64,000 nucleotides of DNA from Mobula birostris (lineage: Eukaryota), in NCBI RefSeq assembly GCF_030028105.1, contig NC_092372.1, forward strand, positions 155,998,058-156,062,057, written 5' to 3'. The notes under the pieces were generated by a model, which was not told where the DNA came from, made no database searches, and saw nothing but the letters and a program-made list of their open reading frames with translations. Made by a program: the position numbers and the translations under genes. Shown here in pieces: positions 13,481 to 27,289 of this stretch (positions within the stretch are counted from its first letter, which is position 1; each line of letters begins with the position of its first letter).

Positions 13481-14403
13481 AGTAAGTTTTTCCCTCATAT
13501 TTGCCTACTTGGTTCCAACCTCAGATCTAGTCTGGCTCATTTCACTTTCAGAACTTGGCCAGCTCAGTCAGTGATACTAAGTCATTCCCAGGAAGTGGAT
13601 GACAGTTACATGACTTGGAATGATAATAGCCCTTTGCTTTAGGATAGATGGTTTGCATGTGAGCTAACTAAACCTGTTTCATAATAAAGCCACTTCCTCA
13701 TGACCGAAGGTAACCTATTGTGCAAGTTAACATGTTTTTTCAGTGGAGATTGTTTTTCACAATATATGCACGTGATTGTCAACTGAGCCTCTTTAAATGT
13801 GGCTATTCAGAGTATTAAGCTGGGTGTATCTGAACTGTGTTTTCTTTATATTTATGTTGTAGACAAAGGTATGAGGAAGTAGCTGGATCCTTTGAGCGTT
13901 CTGTAAGGAAAAGCTGTGGATGCTGGCAACTCAAGTCTTTGCAGTTCCATGTCAAATCTTCTGTCTCATATATTTTCAACCCTTCTCATCAGTAGTAGGA
14001 CTGATTGGCTTCTTTAGCTTACTCTACATACATTAGAAAGGATATAACATCTTTATAGAAGGTGAGGCAGACCTTTTCTAGAATGGTATCAGGGAAACTT
14101 GACTAGTTGCAGGGAGAGAATAAAGTGGCAGAGGAGATTTAATATATATATTCAAAATCATGTAGCATGTAGGAACAAATTGCAAAAGCATCTGTAACTG
14201 AAGGAGCACCATTAAATTTACTGGTGTAAAGAAAGGTGAATAAAGAAAAAAATTCTCTATGGGCTATGAGTTGTTTTGATCCAAAAGGCATTTTCTGAGG
14301 GGCAGTGGAAGCGAATTCAACGATTATCTTAAAACTAATAACCTTTCTTAAAATAAAACAAAAAATGCTGGAAATAATTGGCAGGTCAGGTAGCATTTCT
14401 GAA

Positions 14404-15030
14404 GATTAGATTAGATTAGATTATGAGGACACGCAGTCCTCTTTTATTGTCATTTAATAATGCACGCATTAAGAACTGATACAATGTTTCTCCAGAACGA
14501 TATCACAGAAACACATGACAAACCGACTGAAAGACTGACAAAAACCACATAATTATAACATATAGTTACAACAGTGCAAAGCAATACCGTAATTTGATAA
14601 AGAACAGACCATGGCACGGTAAAAAGTCTCAAAGTCTCTCGAAAGTCCCATCACCTCATGCAGACGGTGAACCTCCAGCACCGCAAACTTGCTGATGCAG
14701 CATCCTGGAAGCATCCGACCACAGTCCGACTCCGAGCCTCTGACCAGCTCTCCGACACCGAGCACTGAGCACCATCTCTGCCAAGCACTTCGATCCTGGC
14801 CCCGGCAATAGGCAAACCGAGGATTTGGGGCCTTCCCCTCCAGAGATTCTCGATCGCACAGTAGCAGTGTCAGCGAAGTGGGCATTTCAGAAGTTTCTCC
14901 AGGTGTTCCTCTGTGCTTCTCACAGCTGTCTCCATCAAATCAGGATTGTGTACGGCCCTTAGTTACACATATGATATCATTTAGAACGGCCGCATGTGCT
15001 GCGTCGCGCCACCATCTTCTCCTCCCTCCC
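14404..15030 (-). mobile_element. Non-autonomous retroelement with (TCTAA)n tail
   Basis: (ATTAG)n on + at left end; GC/CpG-rich body; 5' end aagatggtggcgcgacgc on minus; splits an older repeat (aaaatgctggaaata...agaaaaacatagttaac). Confidence 0.65.
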
Positions 15031-15366
15031 CTGAGAAAAACATAGTTAACAAATCCATCTGCAATATTAACTCAGTGTTCCACTATTCACAGATTTTGCC
15101 TGATATATTAGGCATTTCCAACATGGTTTGGTTTCAGTTCTGTGCAACAGAGTTAACTTTCATTTCATGGCTTTAACATGTCCCTTTCTTTGTCCTCTTT
15201 GTCTTTTGAATCATCATTATTATGTTTTTTCAACCATTTGGCTCTGTAAACTGTGGAATCATCTTGGCAATTTGGCCTCGCCCTTTTAGAACTATTTCCT
15301 TTGACCTATCCACCCTGCGCACTTAGCCCTGCCGGTCTCATGAAGTCCTCCTCACTCACATCTGAT

Positions 15367-15640
15367 GGCACTGTGGCACAGGAAACAGTGCTGCTGCCGC
15401 ACAGTTGTGGTGACCTGGGACAATGCTGATCTCAGGTGTTGGCCGTGTGGAGTTTGCATATTTTCTCCATGATCATGTAGGTTTCTCCTGGGTGTTCCAG
15501 TTTCCTCTCACATCTTAAAGACATGCTGATTGCTTAAATGACTTTTGTAAGTTGCCTCTGGATGGCAATTGCAGGTGGATGGCAGCAGAAACATGGGAGG
15601 TGGGGGTTTGAGGAGAATTTAAGAGAGAATAGGTTATAAG
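15367..15640 (+). mobile_element. HE1/V-SINE-like SINE
   Basis: ggcactgtggcacag head; gtgtggagtttgcatatt...gggtgttccagtttcctctcacatcttaaagac V-domain-like core. Confidence 0.7.
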
Positions 15641-15667
15641 GAAGTAGCAAGAGAATTTGCTGATCTA

Positions 15668-16640
15668 ATTCAACTCAAGTTTAATTGTCATTCAACCATA
15701 CATGAATATTCATGGAACAGCCAAACAAGACAGTGTTACTCTGGAAACAAGGTGCAAAACACAGTACCAACAGTCACACACAGCACAAAGCACACCTGAG
15801 ATAGCAAACAGAAATGGTATGGTATCACAATCACACAATAAGTCCCAAAACTCACACCGTCAATCCACGGTCAACCCCAGCAGAACCCGTCTCTTGCTGA
15901 GCGAACACTGGGGTGGAGGCAGCACCGACTCAAGCCTGGATGCGACGCTACACCACCCCTGGTGGAGCGCACTGTCATCGCCGTCCCCTCCTCCCCCCAC
16001 CACTCCCCACGATACTCTGAGGCTCAGTCCTTGCACGTACAAGACAACAAGGACAAAGAGAATATCAGTAAAATACAGTGAGGCAGAATATACACCTGTA
16101 TAGTCCAGACTTCCCAGCACATCAAAATCATCAGTTGACCTCGATGGAGCACTGACTCTAGCCTGGATGCTGTGCCACATCGCCCCCGGTGGAGCACACC
16201 AGCCCCGATGCCCACCAAAACCCCGGGAGGACAGCACCAACTCTGTTCTGGACGCTGCACCACATCATCCCCGATAGAGTGTGCCGGCTTCATTCCCTCG
16301 CTCCTGGCAGCCGCAAACAGGCGACACCATGGCTTGTGGCCTAGTCCTTGCTATGATCAAGGCCACACAGCTCCCACGCCATCTGCCCCTGCTCTCATAC
16401 AATAAATCAGTGAATCAGACTTGTGGCATACCGGATTAACAATGTCCAAAGGATCTTGCAATCTCTAGAAAAGGACCAGCCGCTATTAGACAGCAAGCCT
16501 CCATTGACTCAGGCAGCAGCACGTCGTGCAGCTCCCTCATTATCTCTGCCAGTGAGCAACTCACTGATGGTGTAGACCTGCAGTACTTTCGTAAAGTATA
16601 GCAGGATCTTGCGATCATTAGAAAACATTTAAATAGAACA
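15668..16640 (-). mobile_element. Non-autonomous retroelement with TTGAAC/TTGAGT-type tail
   Basis: Tail shared with + copy ending ~6785 and - copy at ~44895; internal ~50-bp duplicated motif (gcac.gactc.agcctggatgc...ggtggagc.cac) at ~15921 and ~16149. Confidence 0.55.
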
Positions 16641-18786
16641 TTAGTATCTTCTGTTGACCCTGTAGAAGCTGGTGTGACTGAATGTGCCACCATCTTGCTG
16701 GTTATTGAGGTGCTTTGGCAGCTGGCACAGAAACAATAGTACAAATGGATTGTTTTTATCTCCTGTAAGAAATAATAAAAAGGCATAATAAATCTGGGGA
16801 TGTGCCAAAACTGGAACAAATCATGCAGCAGCCCAACATAGTTGTATATATAGAACCAATATTTCAATCACTTTTCAGATTTCCCAATCACCTTTCCTGG
16901 GTATGCCCCATTCCTTTGCAAAGACACATTCACCAAATGTAATGGTGTACTGAAGGGATTAGGACCCATATAGTTCTGAATATTTACTTTGAATCCCAGA
17001 AGTCTTGTGGAATCTGGTCAAAGGCAGACAAGGAAAACTTCTGCTGTTTAAAAAATCACCCTATGTCAGCCACATACTTCTCTCTGTTAAACACCAGTCA
17101 GAAGCCCTGAGGAGAGCGAGAGCAAAGAATACATTACCTTGTGCCTCCGCTGATTCTGCTCCCTCCAATACTAATGTTTAAATCAGAGAATCAAGATTGC
17201 TTCTTTAGAAAGGACTATAAATCATGTGCATTAAGTATTTATTCATTTTTTATAATACGTGAAATCACCTCCTTTTTTTGAACTGTGTCAAGTTAAATGC
17301 TTGAGCCAGATTTTGAGCCTCATGCTAAACTTGACGAAACCCTGGAGTGTTTTAGGAAACATAATGCCTTTACCACAGGAAAAAGATAGCAGACGTTGTC
17401 AAATGAGAAGCCAAGCAGAAGATTAGAAAGTCTCCTGTAAGTAACATGAGGAGATGTCCAATAGAGGTTTTATTGTCTATTTTTGTTAACTTATAATGGA
17501 AGTTTTTGATGAATTACTGTTGGTCTTTCCCTTTGGAACTCGTTCATACATCATCACTTTAACTTGAATTTCAACAAGAAAATGTGATACTTAAGTATTC
17601 CAGGGAGAGTGAAGAAGCAAAAATAATACCATGTGATCATATGCACAAACACTTATTTGAAGATAAAATAAACTTAAATCCTTTTTTTGTCCTTTGATTC
17701 ACTTGATATCAAGTTAGATGTAAGTAATATTTTTACATATACTACAAGCATAGTTTTATGGCCTATGTAGCTATTGGGTCCAACTTGTGCTAATGAGCTA
17801 AGTTTGAACTGCCCTAATAGTGTTAAAGGGATCCGAGGATTTTATCTTCCCACAGAATTGCGTCCATGGAATAAGAGGCCAGAGGAAGTGGTTGAGGTGG
17901 CTACAATGACAACATTTTGGGTACATGTATAGGAAAAGTTTAGAGAGATACGGGCAAATGTAAGCAAAATGGGACCAAGCATATTGCTTGTCATGGACAA
18001 GTTGGGCCAAAAGACCCTTTTCCTGCTGCATGTCTCTACGACAACAAAAGCAAGGAGATCAGAATACTGTAGTACCAAAGACCTGATTAGTGGCCTCAGT
18101 ACATTCCCATCTTCAGTATCTGCATACAGTGCCAAGAATGGAGTGTGCTGGAGATCTGATGTAGTACATCTGACTTCCCAATTCATCCTTGCACTCTGCA
18201 CAACATCTGGGGCTTTTGCTGATTGTACTGAACTGAGGGGTCAGATATGTTTCATATCCGCCCCACAGCTTTGCACAAGCAAAGTAAGGATCCTATTCAT
18301 TTGGATGGGATCACTGATGTCCGTAATAAGAGTTAAATTGTTGAGCTTTTTCTTTATTGTAAATATCATGTTTAAGTTAACATATGAATTAAATGAATTT
18401 TAAATAAGTTTAATATTTTATTATTTTAATGAAATGAAAATGAAATTTATTTTTTAATTTCAATTATTTCTATATGTGTCTGACTATCACTGACATTCAG
18501 AGACTTGAGTATGTTCTTCTGACATCAAAAATGAGAAAAGGCAATGAATACAAATTGAAGGCAAGGTCATCTCGGGCAAAATAATGCCCTGCCTTTAATT
18601 TGTTATCCTTGCCTTTTCCCACTTTTGATCTTATATTTATAACCATATTACAATTACAGCACGGAAACAGGCCATCTCGGCCCTTCTAGTCCGCGCCGAA
18701 CTCTTACTCTCACCTAGTCCCACCGACCCGCACTATATTTTTATAAATATGCTGTTTATGCACATATTACTGATTTTTTTTTTCAG

Positions 18787-18902
18787 GTTATTTGAATCAG
18801 TGAAATACTTTTTCACTCATGAGAATGTATATTTGGCTTTAGACACTACTTTTAATCTGACTATCAGTATAATGGACATTGTGCGCAACGTGGTTAATCG
18901 AG
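18787..18902 (+). CDS. ABCA13: ABCA13-like exon
   Basis: poly-T-cAG / G|GTTAGT; 116 nt, phase 2->1; (R)LFESVKYFFTHENVYLALDTTFNLTISIMDIVRNVVNR vs recalled human VLNVTISTLTFL. Confidence 0.85.
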
Positions 18903-20364
18903 GTTAGTACTCCTTTATGATTTTATATTCACCATTACAAGCAGCAATTTGTTACATCACCCAAATAGAAACATAATTTTTCTTTTGGTTTTATTTTCAA
19001 TAGAGACTATATCTTGGCTTTCCTTTTTCATTTCCATTTGTTGAAATTATTTCAGTGTTGGCAACCCAGCGATGATTAGTTTCTGTGCATAAGATTCAAT
19101 TGGCATAGTCTTGGAGACAACAAATAGAGTTTGACCTTATCACATTTGATATCCTGCACATTCCTGCCAGAGCCACTGGCTGAATATCAGAAGGAGAAAT
19201 CCAGCCCTATTGTTTTAAACTTTCCCCCTGTAATGTGGACAAAAGTTATATTATTAATTAAAAGTTATATCATTAACTCACTGCAGACCTGGAATTGAAC
19301 CTGAAACTTTTCTGCTTGAATTTGATTTGACAATTAACATATTATAAAAGGAGAAACAAATAGCAAAATTGTAAAATTGGTAAAGCTATAGGACAGTATT
19401 CAAGGTCATAACATTCAATATTGTTGTCTTAACATGTAAAGGTGTTTAATTTTGTCATAATGGTATGGATTTTATACAAGTAAGGTCCTGTCAAAAACTG
19501 TATGCTGCTATTGAAAACTCCAATTTTTATCAAGGCAACTTTCAAGAATATCCAAAGGTGTTTTGGGTTTTCTTTATTTTTTAAATCACCAAAATGAATT
19601 TATAAGCACACAAGATAAAACAGTTAAGTAGAGGGATATTTGAGTTTTAAAAAATCTTTTCTTTCTTATTTCCCTCTTTCATTACACCCTTGTGCTTTCT
19701 ATACTTATTATCTGATACAGTATTGAGCTCTCAGCATATGGCATAAGCATTTTTTTATCTTGACCTTGTCATTCCCGTAGCTTCAACTTTCTGATCTGAC
19801 CTCCGATCTTTTGGTTTGCAATTGAAAATGGAGTTATTCTGGATTAGAATGGAATTGCAATGATTTCTGGGTTACAGCATATCATTCTGGTTCAACCAGA
19901 CACTGGTATTCGGTGTCAGCCATGGGGCTAATGATGTTTCTGAGCATTCCAGTTGTGAATCAGACATAGGCCAGCAGATAGGCAAAGTACAGCTTGTTCT
20001 TTAGCAATGTTGTTTTAAGGTCCATTCACACTGAAAGGTCAAGCTTCTCTAAGCTGCTGTAGGGCTCTTTGGCAAACTCCCAGTGGCCAAAACCTCTTCT
20101 ACACTGAACTGGCAAATTTGCACTAAATTTTCAGTACTACACATGAATATGAGATTTTGCATAAGGGGGTATGAGACTTGGGGCCCAGCATTTGAGGGGG
20201 ATTTCAGAACGTTGCAAAACCTAGACTAATTTGTTGGTTTCAGGAATACCATAGGGAAATACATTCTGTTGTTTGGAACAGTAAGGTTATTTGGGATCAG
20301 AGTGTTTTCTAGTTTCAATGACATTAATAGGATTTTCGCAATTTTGGGGATATTGATGGTTGTT

Positions 20365-20950
20365 TGTTGTCTGGTGGAGAGTATATTGACTGGCTGGATC
20401 ACACCAATGCCCTTGAATAGAAAATCCTATAAAAGGAGTGGATATGGCCCAGTTCAGGGTTAAAGCCCTCCCCACTATTGGGCACTTCTGCACAAAACGT
20501 TGTCACAGGAAAGCAGCAGCAATCATCCCCCATGACCCAGAACATGGTCCCCTCTCACTGCTGCGATCGGGAAGAGGGTACAGGAGTCTGAGGACTCATT
20601 CCACTAGGTTCAGGAATAGTTATTACCCCTTAATCATTAGGCTCTTGAACCAGAGGGTAACTCTTCAACTTCACTTCATCATTGAAATGTTCCCAGAACC
20701 TTCAGGCTTACTTTCAAGGATTCTTCATCTCATGTTCTCGATTTTCATTGCTTATTTACTTATTATTACTACTATTTCTTTCTTTTTCTATTTGCTTAGT
20801 TTGTGCCTTTTGCACACGTTGAACACCAAGTTGGTGCGGTCTTTCATTGATTCTATTATAGATTTATTGAGCATGCCCGCAAGAAAATGAATCTCAGGTT
20901 TGCATATGGTGACATATATGTACTTTGATAATAGATTTACTTTGAACTTT
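20365..20950 (+). mobile_element. Rex1/Babar LINE 3' fragment
   Basis: VESILTGWIT...RCHRKAAAII..D..H....LLRSGRGYRSLRTHSTRFRNSYYP; tail tttactttgaacttt; same family on minus at ~63760-64000. Confidence 0.8.
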
Positions 20951-21261
20951 ATATAGGACCCAACAAACAAATAAATTCCATAAGCACAGTTATTTAACTT
21001 TACTGAATCATCAGAGATGGAAAAAATCCAGTTTTGAGGACCTGCTGTCAAGCATTTAGCAGACAGAACTCTTTTTTTTTTATCATATTCTTTCAACTGA
21101 ACAAAAAATGTGACGGCTGATATCACTTGTATGGCTACAATTAGTGCTGCTTCTTCAAAAATTCAATAGTACAGTTAAAATATGATTCCTGAATGAGAAA
21201 ATGGCAAGGAGGTTGATATAAACTGTATCAAGAAACATAAATAATCCATTTTAATTAACAG

Positions 21262-21395
21262 GTATGAAAATGGATGTGGTACTTAAGGATGTTCTCTGGA
21301 ATGCTAAAGAACTTGAGTCAATACTGAAGGATTCATTTAATCTGGATCCCATTGTAGTCGAGCAGCTGATGAATACCTCAATTCCTGTCCTCAAG
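21262..21395 (+). CDS. ABCA13: ABCA13-like exon
   Basis: ttaacAG / AAG|GTATGA; 134 nt, phase 1->0; (G)MKMDVVLKDVLWNAKELESILKDSFNLDPIVVEQLMNTSIPVLK vs recalled human [33 protein letters not shown]. Confidence 0.9.
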
Positions 21396-22334
21396 GTATG
21401 ATGTCAATGACATGGTTATATATATATATATTTAAATATTTTGCATCTGATTCTAGATTTGGTTTGCAATCAGATGTAACAACTTGGATATTGAACAAGA
21501 CGCCCAATTTTTTCAAACATTATCTGATAATGGAAAGATTATTCTGGAAACTATGTACTGGTTTGTTTTATTTAAACAGCTATGCAGAGTATACTACATA
21601 GCTTGACAAGAAAGGATAATTTGAATGTTGCATTTACAACCTTCTATCTTCCACCCGGATATCTAACCCTCTAATTCCCTCTGACTTTTGGGATGACTGT
21701 GACATAACCCTATCAAAGTGATCACCCGTTTCTTATTTCTAAATTCTACCCATATAATCTCATTGGCTGATCTCTTTAGAATATCAGTCCTGAGCTTTGA
21801 TGGAATAACTTCCCTGATCAGCAATTCAATACCCACTCCCGTTTTGCACACTCTTCTAGTCTTGCTTGAAATATCTATACCCCAGAACACTGAGCTGCCA
21901 GTCCCTCCTTTCCCTCAGCCATGTTTCTGCGATTGCAACAATAGCACAATCCCACATGCTGATCCACTCTTGTATTGCCTTTGAGGCTTATTAACGTGAA
22001 GTAAATGCAGTTAAATCTTTGAACCTTCTTGTGCTTTCCCCTCCTGGCTCTGTCTACTCTCCTCTGAACTTGCCAGTTTCGCTCGCCACATGTGCATCAA
22101 CCTCCCCTCCTGCACTGTCCCACCCCCTGTCTCATTATATTAAACCCTCCCAAGTACTACACCTGTCAAGAATCAACTTTCAAGATGTCAAAAGTTTAAG
22201 CTTTGTATGTTCCTGTTAGGGTGAAGAGCATGGCTGGCAGGTTTCAGGAAACTTGGTTGATGAGAGATAACAAGGCTCTGGTTAAGGAAAAGGAGAGGCA
22301 CATACTGTGCATAAGCAATTGGGAGCTAGTGAAT

Positions 22335-23931
22335 CCTCGGTGTCCACATTTCCGAGGATCTCACCTGGTCCCTGAACTCCTCCATCCTGATCAAAAAGGT
22401 GCAACAGCACCTTTATTTCCTGCGGAGCATCAAGAAAGCTCACCTCTGTCCCACGATACTGACAGACTTTTACCGCTGTACCATTCAGAGCATACTCACC
22501 AAATACATCTCAGTGTGGTATGGCAATTGTCCCGTATCGGACCGCAAAGCGCTCCAGCGTGTGGTGAAAACTGCCTAGTGGATTATTGGCACCCAATTGC
22601 CCACCGTTGAGAACATCTACCATAAATGCTGCCCGGGCAGGGCGAAAAGCATTATCAAGGATGCATCTCACCCTAACCATGGACTTTTTACTCTCCTCCC
22701 ATCCGGTAGGCGCTACAGGAGCCTCCGCTGCTGCACCAGCAGGCACAGGAAGAGCTCCTTCCCTGCGGCTGTGACCCTGCTGAACCTCCTATCACAGTGC
22801 TAAGTAGTATTGCACCCATATTGTACTGTCTCAGTACTTTTATATTTGTGTGCTGTAGCACTTAATTTTTATTCGCAGTTATTTTGTAATAATACTATTT
22901 ACATTTCTGTTTAGATGCTAACTAACTACATTTCATTGGCTTTGTATCTGTACTCGGCACAATGACAATGAACATAGAATAGTACAGCACAGTGCAGGCT
23001 CTTCGGCCCACAATGCTATGCCGACCCTTAAACCCTGCCTCCCATATAACCCCCCACCTTAAATTCCTCCATATACCTGTCCAGTAATTTCTTAAATTCA
23101 CTAGTGTATCTGCCTCCACCACTGACTCAGGCAGTGCATTCCACGCACCAACCACTCTCTGAGTAAAAAATCTTCCTCTAATATCCCCCTTGAATTTCCC
23201 ACCCCTTACCTTAAAGCTATGTCCTCTTGTACTGAGCAGTGGTGCCCTGGGGAAGAGGTGCTGGCTGTCCACTCTATCTATTCCTCTTAATATCTTGTAC
23301 ACCTCTATCATGTCTCCTCTCATCCTCCTCCTCTCCAAAGAGTAAAGCCCTAGCTCCCTTAATCTCTGATTAATTTCTGATGCATACTCCCTAAACTAGG
23401 CAGCATCCTGGTAAATCTCCTCTGTACCCTTTCCAATTAGTCTGGAAATATTGCACTGGTATATTACTGTCGTCTTGATGGTTTTATACTATAGGCATCA
23501 TTTGTTGCCAAGTGATCATACTCACACTCTACAGCCAGAGAATGCAGTGTTCTTAACTTATGCCAGAGGTACTCGGAGCAATAGAGTTCTCCTGAGGTTC
23601 ACAGCCAGTGGGAGTGCTGCACCGTTGGGGGTGCGGATTTAAACTGGGGCTCCATACCAAACAGACCTCTTGTACAAAGATGAACTCATGATTGCTCAGT
23701 CTATCTTGTCGTGGCCCTTGCACCTTACTGTCTACCTGCACTGCACTTTTCTGTAACTGCAACACTGCTGTGCTGCACAGAACAAGTGGCAGCTGCCAGA
23801 GGAGAGACTGAACAACGAAAAGACTCAACCACTAACTGCAGCCAGAACCTATTCTTCCCCATGCTCCACCAGAATATGTAGATCCCAGATCATCCTCTAC
23901 AGCAGCTGGAAGTTGAATCTAATCTGATCTA
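22335..23931 (+). mobile_element. Rex1/Babar LINE 3' fragment (tail interrupted) inserted in a CR1
   Basis: LGVHISEDLTW...LYFLRSIKK...FYRCTIQS...HGLFTLLPSGRRYRSL; tail aatgacaat breaks at ~22969 and resumes gaagttgaatctaatct at 23909; host CR1 (+) ~22185-22335 resumes ~23930-24410. Confidence 0.8.
22971..23437 (-). mobile_element. Young-looking CR1/HER1 LINE 3' fragment
   Basis: ORF ERRRMRGDMIEVYKILRGIDRVDSQHLFPR...RGRFFTQRVVGAWNALPESVVEA; 3' UTR ending in ttctatgttc. Confidence 0.9.
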
Positions 23932-24819
23932 AGAGAAGTATAGGAGTGCATTTTAACGGAGAAGTTAGGAGGGCAAAAAGAAGATATGAGCAGGATCTGG
24001 CAGGCAAGGTGAAACAATATCCCAAATGATCCTATAGATATATTAAGAATGAAAGGGTGGCTCGGAGACAATAGGTTCCCTTAAAGATCAGCATGGCTGT
24101 CTGCACGTGGAACCAAAGGAAATGGGAGAGATCTTTAATAAATATTTCTCTTCAGTTTTTACTGCGGAGGAAATAATGCAAAGTGAGGAATGGGGTAAAT
24201 GAGTGATGTTGTCTTGGACCAAATAAGAATTAGCAGGGAGGAGGTACAGGAGGCCTTAAATGCAATAAAATGGAGAAATCTCCTGATGCAGAAATTGCAG
24301 AGGCCCTCACAGAAAGTTTTGCTTCATTTCTAGCCACAGGTTCTTGATGATGGCAGATGTGGTACGATTGTTTAAAAGGGTAGCAAAAACAAGTCAGAGG
24401 ACTACCGGTTAGTCTTTATCAACTGAGTGGCTGATTCAATGGGCCACCAGCTGATATCTGCTAGTGACTGACTCGGTCAAGTGTTTTGCCCACAGCACAC
24501 CCTGGTGGCAAAGAGAACTTTCTATAAAAGTTAAAACTCCATTAGTCATAAGCTATGGTTATATTAGTTTCTTTGATCCGAGACTAAGCTTCATGCTCTT
24601 TCTCTCCATCTAGTTTAAGCCAACAAAGTTCAGATCTTTTCCCCTTTCCTGTGACAGCTTTCTTAATTATGTTACAATAGAATAATTTCTGAATTATGTA
24701 CCAAGTAAACAAACATAATTTCTGTAGTTACAATGTGATAACATATTGTACTTCAATAACATTTCAAATGGAAAGACAGTTTCAATAGAATTATATTTAC
24801 AACGAAGAACATTCCTGGT

Positions 24820-25021
24820 TGTTCCATTCTGCTCCTTGAGCACACCAGGCAACAACTTTGCTGTTTCTTTAGCACTTTAGTCTGTTTTTTATGAAGTCAA
24901 GTTGCTACGTTGATGGTCAACCCAGCACAAGTGGAAAGCGTGCAAGGAGTCCATTGGATTCGAACCCGATACCACTCGCCTTGAAGTCCAGTGCAGCTGC
25001 CACTTCATCACTGGCCAGCTA
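24820..25021 (-). mobile_element. Short tRNA-derived SINE with 12-bp TSD
   Basis: Exact AACATTCCTGGT at 24808-24819 and 25022-25033; B box GGTTCGAATCC on minus strand; same family as 26531-26733. Confidence 0.88.
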
Positions 25022-26530
25022 AACATTCCTGGTGGGGAAACAAAAACATTACAAACTTCCCAGCACCTGTTCTCTGTTCATCCATACAACTTCACAGAAT
25101 AAGAGTATAATTAACATTAACTAATCATAGAAGGTCCTTGTCATAAAGAATATCAAGCTGTAATGTTAACTCATTCTTATTTTCCTACTTCAATTTCAGA
25201 TTTACAATAACTAGCATTTTTTCTTTTCATTTGACCTCATTCATCTTCCTCTACTTCTCCAGACAAATTAGCTATGATTACTAAGCTTTCTCTACCCTCT
25301 CTCAGAAGCACTGAGATCATTTGTATGCTTCAGTCTCAATTGCTCTCCACCCAATCATAGACAGCCCCTTAGCCCTCTCCATTACATTCCCCTCTTTGTA
25401 ACTTAAATTATATTTCTCTAACTTTTCCTTAAACATTAACTGTTTTTCTTCCCATGCTTCCACCATCCAATGGTTGCTACGTAAATGAAAAATTTAAATG
25501 ACGGGCTCTACAGTATCTTAGTTTGATGCTGACAATGAATGGGGGCAGCGGAAATGACGGGCGAGACAAAGAATTGCCCTTTCTCTTTTCACAGATGTGG
25601 CATGTGCTGAGTATTTCCAGCATTTTGTTTTTATCTTAGATTTCCAGTATCTGCAATTTTCTATTTTAAATTTTCAGAGAACTGTAATATTTTCTGTTTT
25701 GAAAGGTATAAACTTATAAGACAGCACCAGGACTCTGGGGGTCATTCAATATCCTCTGACGTGACCATATCACACACCTTTTTTTTTTCATTTCCTCTGA
25801 CCCTTCCCATTCCCCTGTTATTTAAAGTGTACTTTATTTCAAACTTTTCCCAGTTCTGATGAAAGCTAATCAACTTGAAAAAAAATTAACTGCTGCTTAA
25901 TCTGCCGAGTATTTCCATAATTTTCTCTTTTCACTTTTCCCAAATCTGTGCTTCATTTTAGGATTTGTTATAGTAAAAGATTTAAAAAGCAAAACTATGA
26001 ACTAAAGACTGTTAAGTGAATGTTGAAATAACACTTTATTGACAATATGGAGCAACACTTTTCCTTTGTATACTTAATGGAATAGTTCAGTATTGTCTTC
26101 TTTACTCACTTCACTCATTTATGTTGATTACCCTAGAATATCCACATTAGTGCAGCTTGCAGTATTACTCATGTAAATTAAATTAGTTTATTATTGTCAC
26201 ATGTACTGAGGTATGTGAAACAACTTGTCTTGCATACTATCTACAAACATCATTTCATACATGTTAAAACAATAATCGATAAGGTGTTCCAAAAAAGTGC
26301 AGTCCAGAAAGACGCTTAGGTGTCATATTGTTTATTTCCTTGCTTTCCAGAGCTTTACTAACACACACACACATATAAACATTTTTGTTATTGTTGTACA
26401 ACTTTGTGTCCCTTCTAGGGCCATTTCTGGTTTTGAGGTCTTTTTGGCATGGATCTTATTGCTGATAACAAATGATTTGTTTATAAAAGCTTACTGTTTT
26501 AACTAATATTAGCCCACTATTCAGTTCAAA

Positions 26531-26733
26531 TAGCCAGCCCGTGGTGTAGTGGCATTCACACCCGACTTCGAGGCAAGTAGTCCCAGGGTCGAATCCGGCC
26601 GGCTCCTTGCATGCTTTCCATGTGTGCTGGGTCGAGTGTTGAACCAGCAACTCGTCCTCATAAAAAAACAGACAAATGCTAAAGAAATGGCCCGGTTGCC
26701 ACCCGAGATGTGCCACAAGACACAGAAAGGAAC
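26531..26733 (+). mobile_element. Short tRNA-derived SINE
   Basis: A box TGGTGTAGTGG 26542-26552, B box GGTCGAATCC 26587-26596; degenerate flanking repeat attcagttcaaat/attcattccaaat. Confidence 0.85.
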
Positions 26734-27044
26734 AAAAATTCATTCCAAATACCAGTACAATTTTGAGCACACAATTAAGGCAACGTTTGTGATAGATCTC
26801 ATGTGCAGACTCTTGTGTTTTTGGAAACTACGTTTGATTTCCAAGTGAAAAATTTTATTGAAATTGGGCAGACAAAAATACTAACTTATCCCTGAAGAAT
26901 GAATTCTATTGGATTTGCATTATGTACAGTAGCTAGCTGAAAGATTTAACCAAAAAACAATTATTGCTCAAGACATAGTTGGAACTTATTACATGTGAAA
27001 TATAACTTTCTTAATCAAGGTCTGCTTATTGTTTACAATTTCAG

Positions 27045-27176
27045 TTTCCCATTTTGCTGAATGTGAACAAATTCCACTCATATATGGCTGAGATGGTTAA
27101 CATACATGACTTCATTCTGACCTACATCTCGAGATATATGTTTCATTACATTAATAAGATGGAATTATACAAACAG
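27045..27176 (+). CDS. ABCA13: ABCA13-like exon
   Basis: aatttcAG / CAG|GTAAGA; 132 nt, phase 0->0; FPILLNVNKFHSYMAEMVNIHDFILTYISRYMFHYINKMELYKQ, ending like recalled human NYLVHAVSWLRVYQQ. Confidence 0.85.
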
Positions 27177-27289
27177 GTAAGAAAAATATGCAGTAGACTA
27201 TTGTCCCAAAATATTTTAATTAATGCAGTTATCTCATAATTGTCCTTCCAAAAAAATCAAATTTGTAGCCTAACAAATATGAAAATAAG

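Noticed and set aside
15702-16867. Overlapping 77-143 aa ORFs
   Set aside because: Mostly within a GC-rich repeat; no recognisable domain or splice support.
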